This document shows positions 18,658 through 20,000 of a stretch of DNA of 20,000 nucleotides, in pieces. The position numbers and the translations under genes are program-made. Below the pieces are notes generated by a model, which worked only from the letters and a program-made list of their open reading frames with translations, had not been told where the DNA came from and did no database searches. This DNA comes from Chiloscyllium plagiosum. Taxonomy: Eukaryota. Location of the stretch: assembly GCF_004010195.1 (NCBI RefSeq), contig NC_057720.1, positions 5,018,424-5,038,423 of the forward strand, written 5' to 3'. Within the stretch, counting starts at the first letter, position 1. Every line of letters starts with the position of its first letter.

Positions 18658-19431
18658 TTTAGACTGATTTGCAAATGCATCAAAAGTGAAGGGAGGGAAA
18701 CCTTTTTCACCCAGTGAGTAGTTAGGGCGTGAAAGGCATGGTCTGGAAATGTGCTGGAGGCAGATTTAACTGTGGCATTCAAGATGGGCATTGGATGGTT
18801 ATTTGGATAGAAATGATACATAGGGATATGGGGAAAAGACAGGAGATTGGTTAATAAAGCCAGTGCAGGCTTGATGGGCTGAATAGCCTCCTCCTGTACT
18901 GCAACAATTCAGTGACTCCGAAGACAATCCTTAAGGCTTAGCTCTATGACAGAAACTTTGGTCACCAAACCTGATATTTCCTCCTACGGTTGGTGTCAAA
19001 TTTATTTAAGACTTTTCTGGTGAAGTTCTAAGAGATGCCCTTACTATTTTTAAAAGTGCTTTTTAAAAATGGTCATTCCCAAAGTTCCATTAGCAGCTCC
19101 TTGCCAAATGGCTAACCGGTGATCTTGGCTTTCGAAGTACTTTTTATTCTTTTATGAAATATGGGCAAAGGTGGCAAGGCCAGCATTTATCACCCAACCC
19201 TGGCTGTACTGCAGAGCCCTGGAAAAGACTGGATGGGACTGCCTGTCTTTCTTGATGTTCTCCTTCCACCCGCTCCTCTTGGTGCTGCTGACTGCCTGAC
19301 AGAGAGACAAAGTAGGGAACAGCAGAGCTATCAGCCTGACATCAATAGTGGAGTCTGTTAAAAAGGGTGCGCTCTCTCTCCACACTTCGAAAGCAGTGGG
19401 AGCACTGGCAGGGTCAACATGGATCCATGAA

Positions 19432-19910
19432 TGGGAAATCACATTTGACAAACCTATGAGAGTTTATTGAGGATTTAACCAGCAGAACAGACCTGGGGAA
19501 AACCAGTGAATGTATTGTCTTCTGATTTTCCAAAGCTTTTGTCACGTTTCCCCAAAAGAGGTGAGTGGGCAAAATCAGAACCCAAGTGATTAACTGGCAT
19601 GGGCTGAGAAGTGGTTAACAGACAGAAAACAGAGAGGAGGAATAAATGACTCATTATCAGTTTGGCAGGCTAAAGGTATCTTTTCATTCATTTAGGGGAT
19701 GTGGGCATTTTGCCCACTCCCAGAGGGGGGTATTCTAAGGGACCGTATTTGGATTCCAGTTGTTCACAATCTATATCAACAATTTGGATGTTCATTCCAA
19801 TTTAATAAAATATTTCTGGGTTTCTTTCTGACAGGAAGGTGGGATTGTGAATGGTGAGGTTTCAAAGGGATCCACGCAGGTTCAGTGAGTGAGTGCGGGC
19901 ACTGCAGATA
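19432..19910 (+). mobile_element. Old CR1 RT remnant
   Basis: gggaaatcacatttgacaaacct (GKS.LTNL), gattttccaaagctttt (DF.KAF), tggttaacagacagaaaacagaga (WLTDRKQR), ttcacaatctatatcaac (FTIYIN). Confidence 0.8.
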
Positions 19911-19932
19911 GCGCCACCTGACCACAGGATGG

Positions 19933-19961
19933 CGAGAGAGAGCGAGAGAGCGAGAGAGCGC

Positions 19962-19992
<31 letters not shown>

Positions 19993-20000
19993 AGAGAGAG
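19933..20000. repeat. Compound (GA)n/(GAGC) microsatellite running off the window edge
   Basis: Read directly from the sequence. Confidence 0.95.

Larger units (their letters stand above)
16970..18918 (+). mobile_element. Old CR1 LINE split by nested insertions (about 16970-17042, 18165-18360, 18658-18918)
   Basis: PQLEYWVQ..RKDI..ALE | RVQTRFTRTIPG..LFSMERRRLRGNLIEVF | ..ttttcacccagtgagt..gggctgaatagcctcc tail, all colinear. Confidence 0.8.

Noticed and set aside
4321..18821. Recurrent minus-strand ORFs (MYSMETD..., MPFKCCNC...)
   Set aside because: They are antisense shadows of repeated LINE 3' ends.

Overview
This is eukaryotic, repeat-dominated DNA. The repeat types (HER1-like CR1 LINEs, HE1-like V-SINEs, Deu-domain SINEs, Penelope-type short elements) point to a cartilaginous fish, probably a shark; this is inference. 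Nearly all ORFs in the track are decayed CR1 ORF1/ORF2 fragments or their antisense shadows, often nested several layers deep. Four features stand out. (1) Five short (130-205 nt) Penelope-like inserts carry full or partial hammerhead ribozyme cores; four are fold-back hairpins and three have 11-13 bp target-site duplications (TSDs). (2) A 726-bp solo LTR has TGTTATGA...TCATAACA ends and a 5-bp TSD. (3) Two phase-compatible minus-strand candidate exons (12381-12243 and 424-294) would encode an acidic linker plus a hydrophobic C-terminus ending in -QTAL, so the window is probably intronic. (4) A young LINE fragment starts at the homologous motif of the older LINE it interrupts. Family names are recalled by eye, not database-verified, and boundaries of old elements are approximate.
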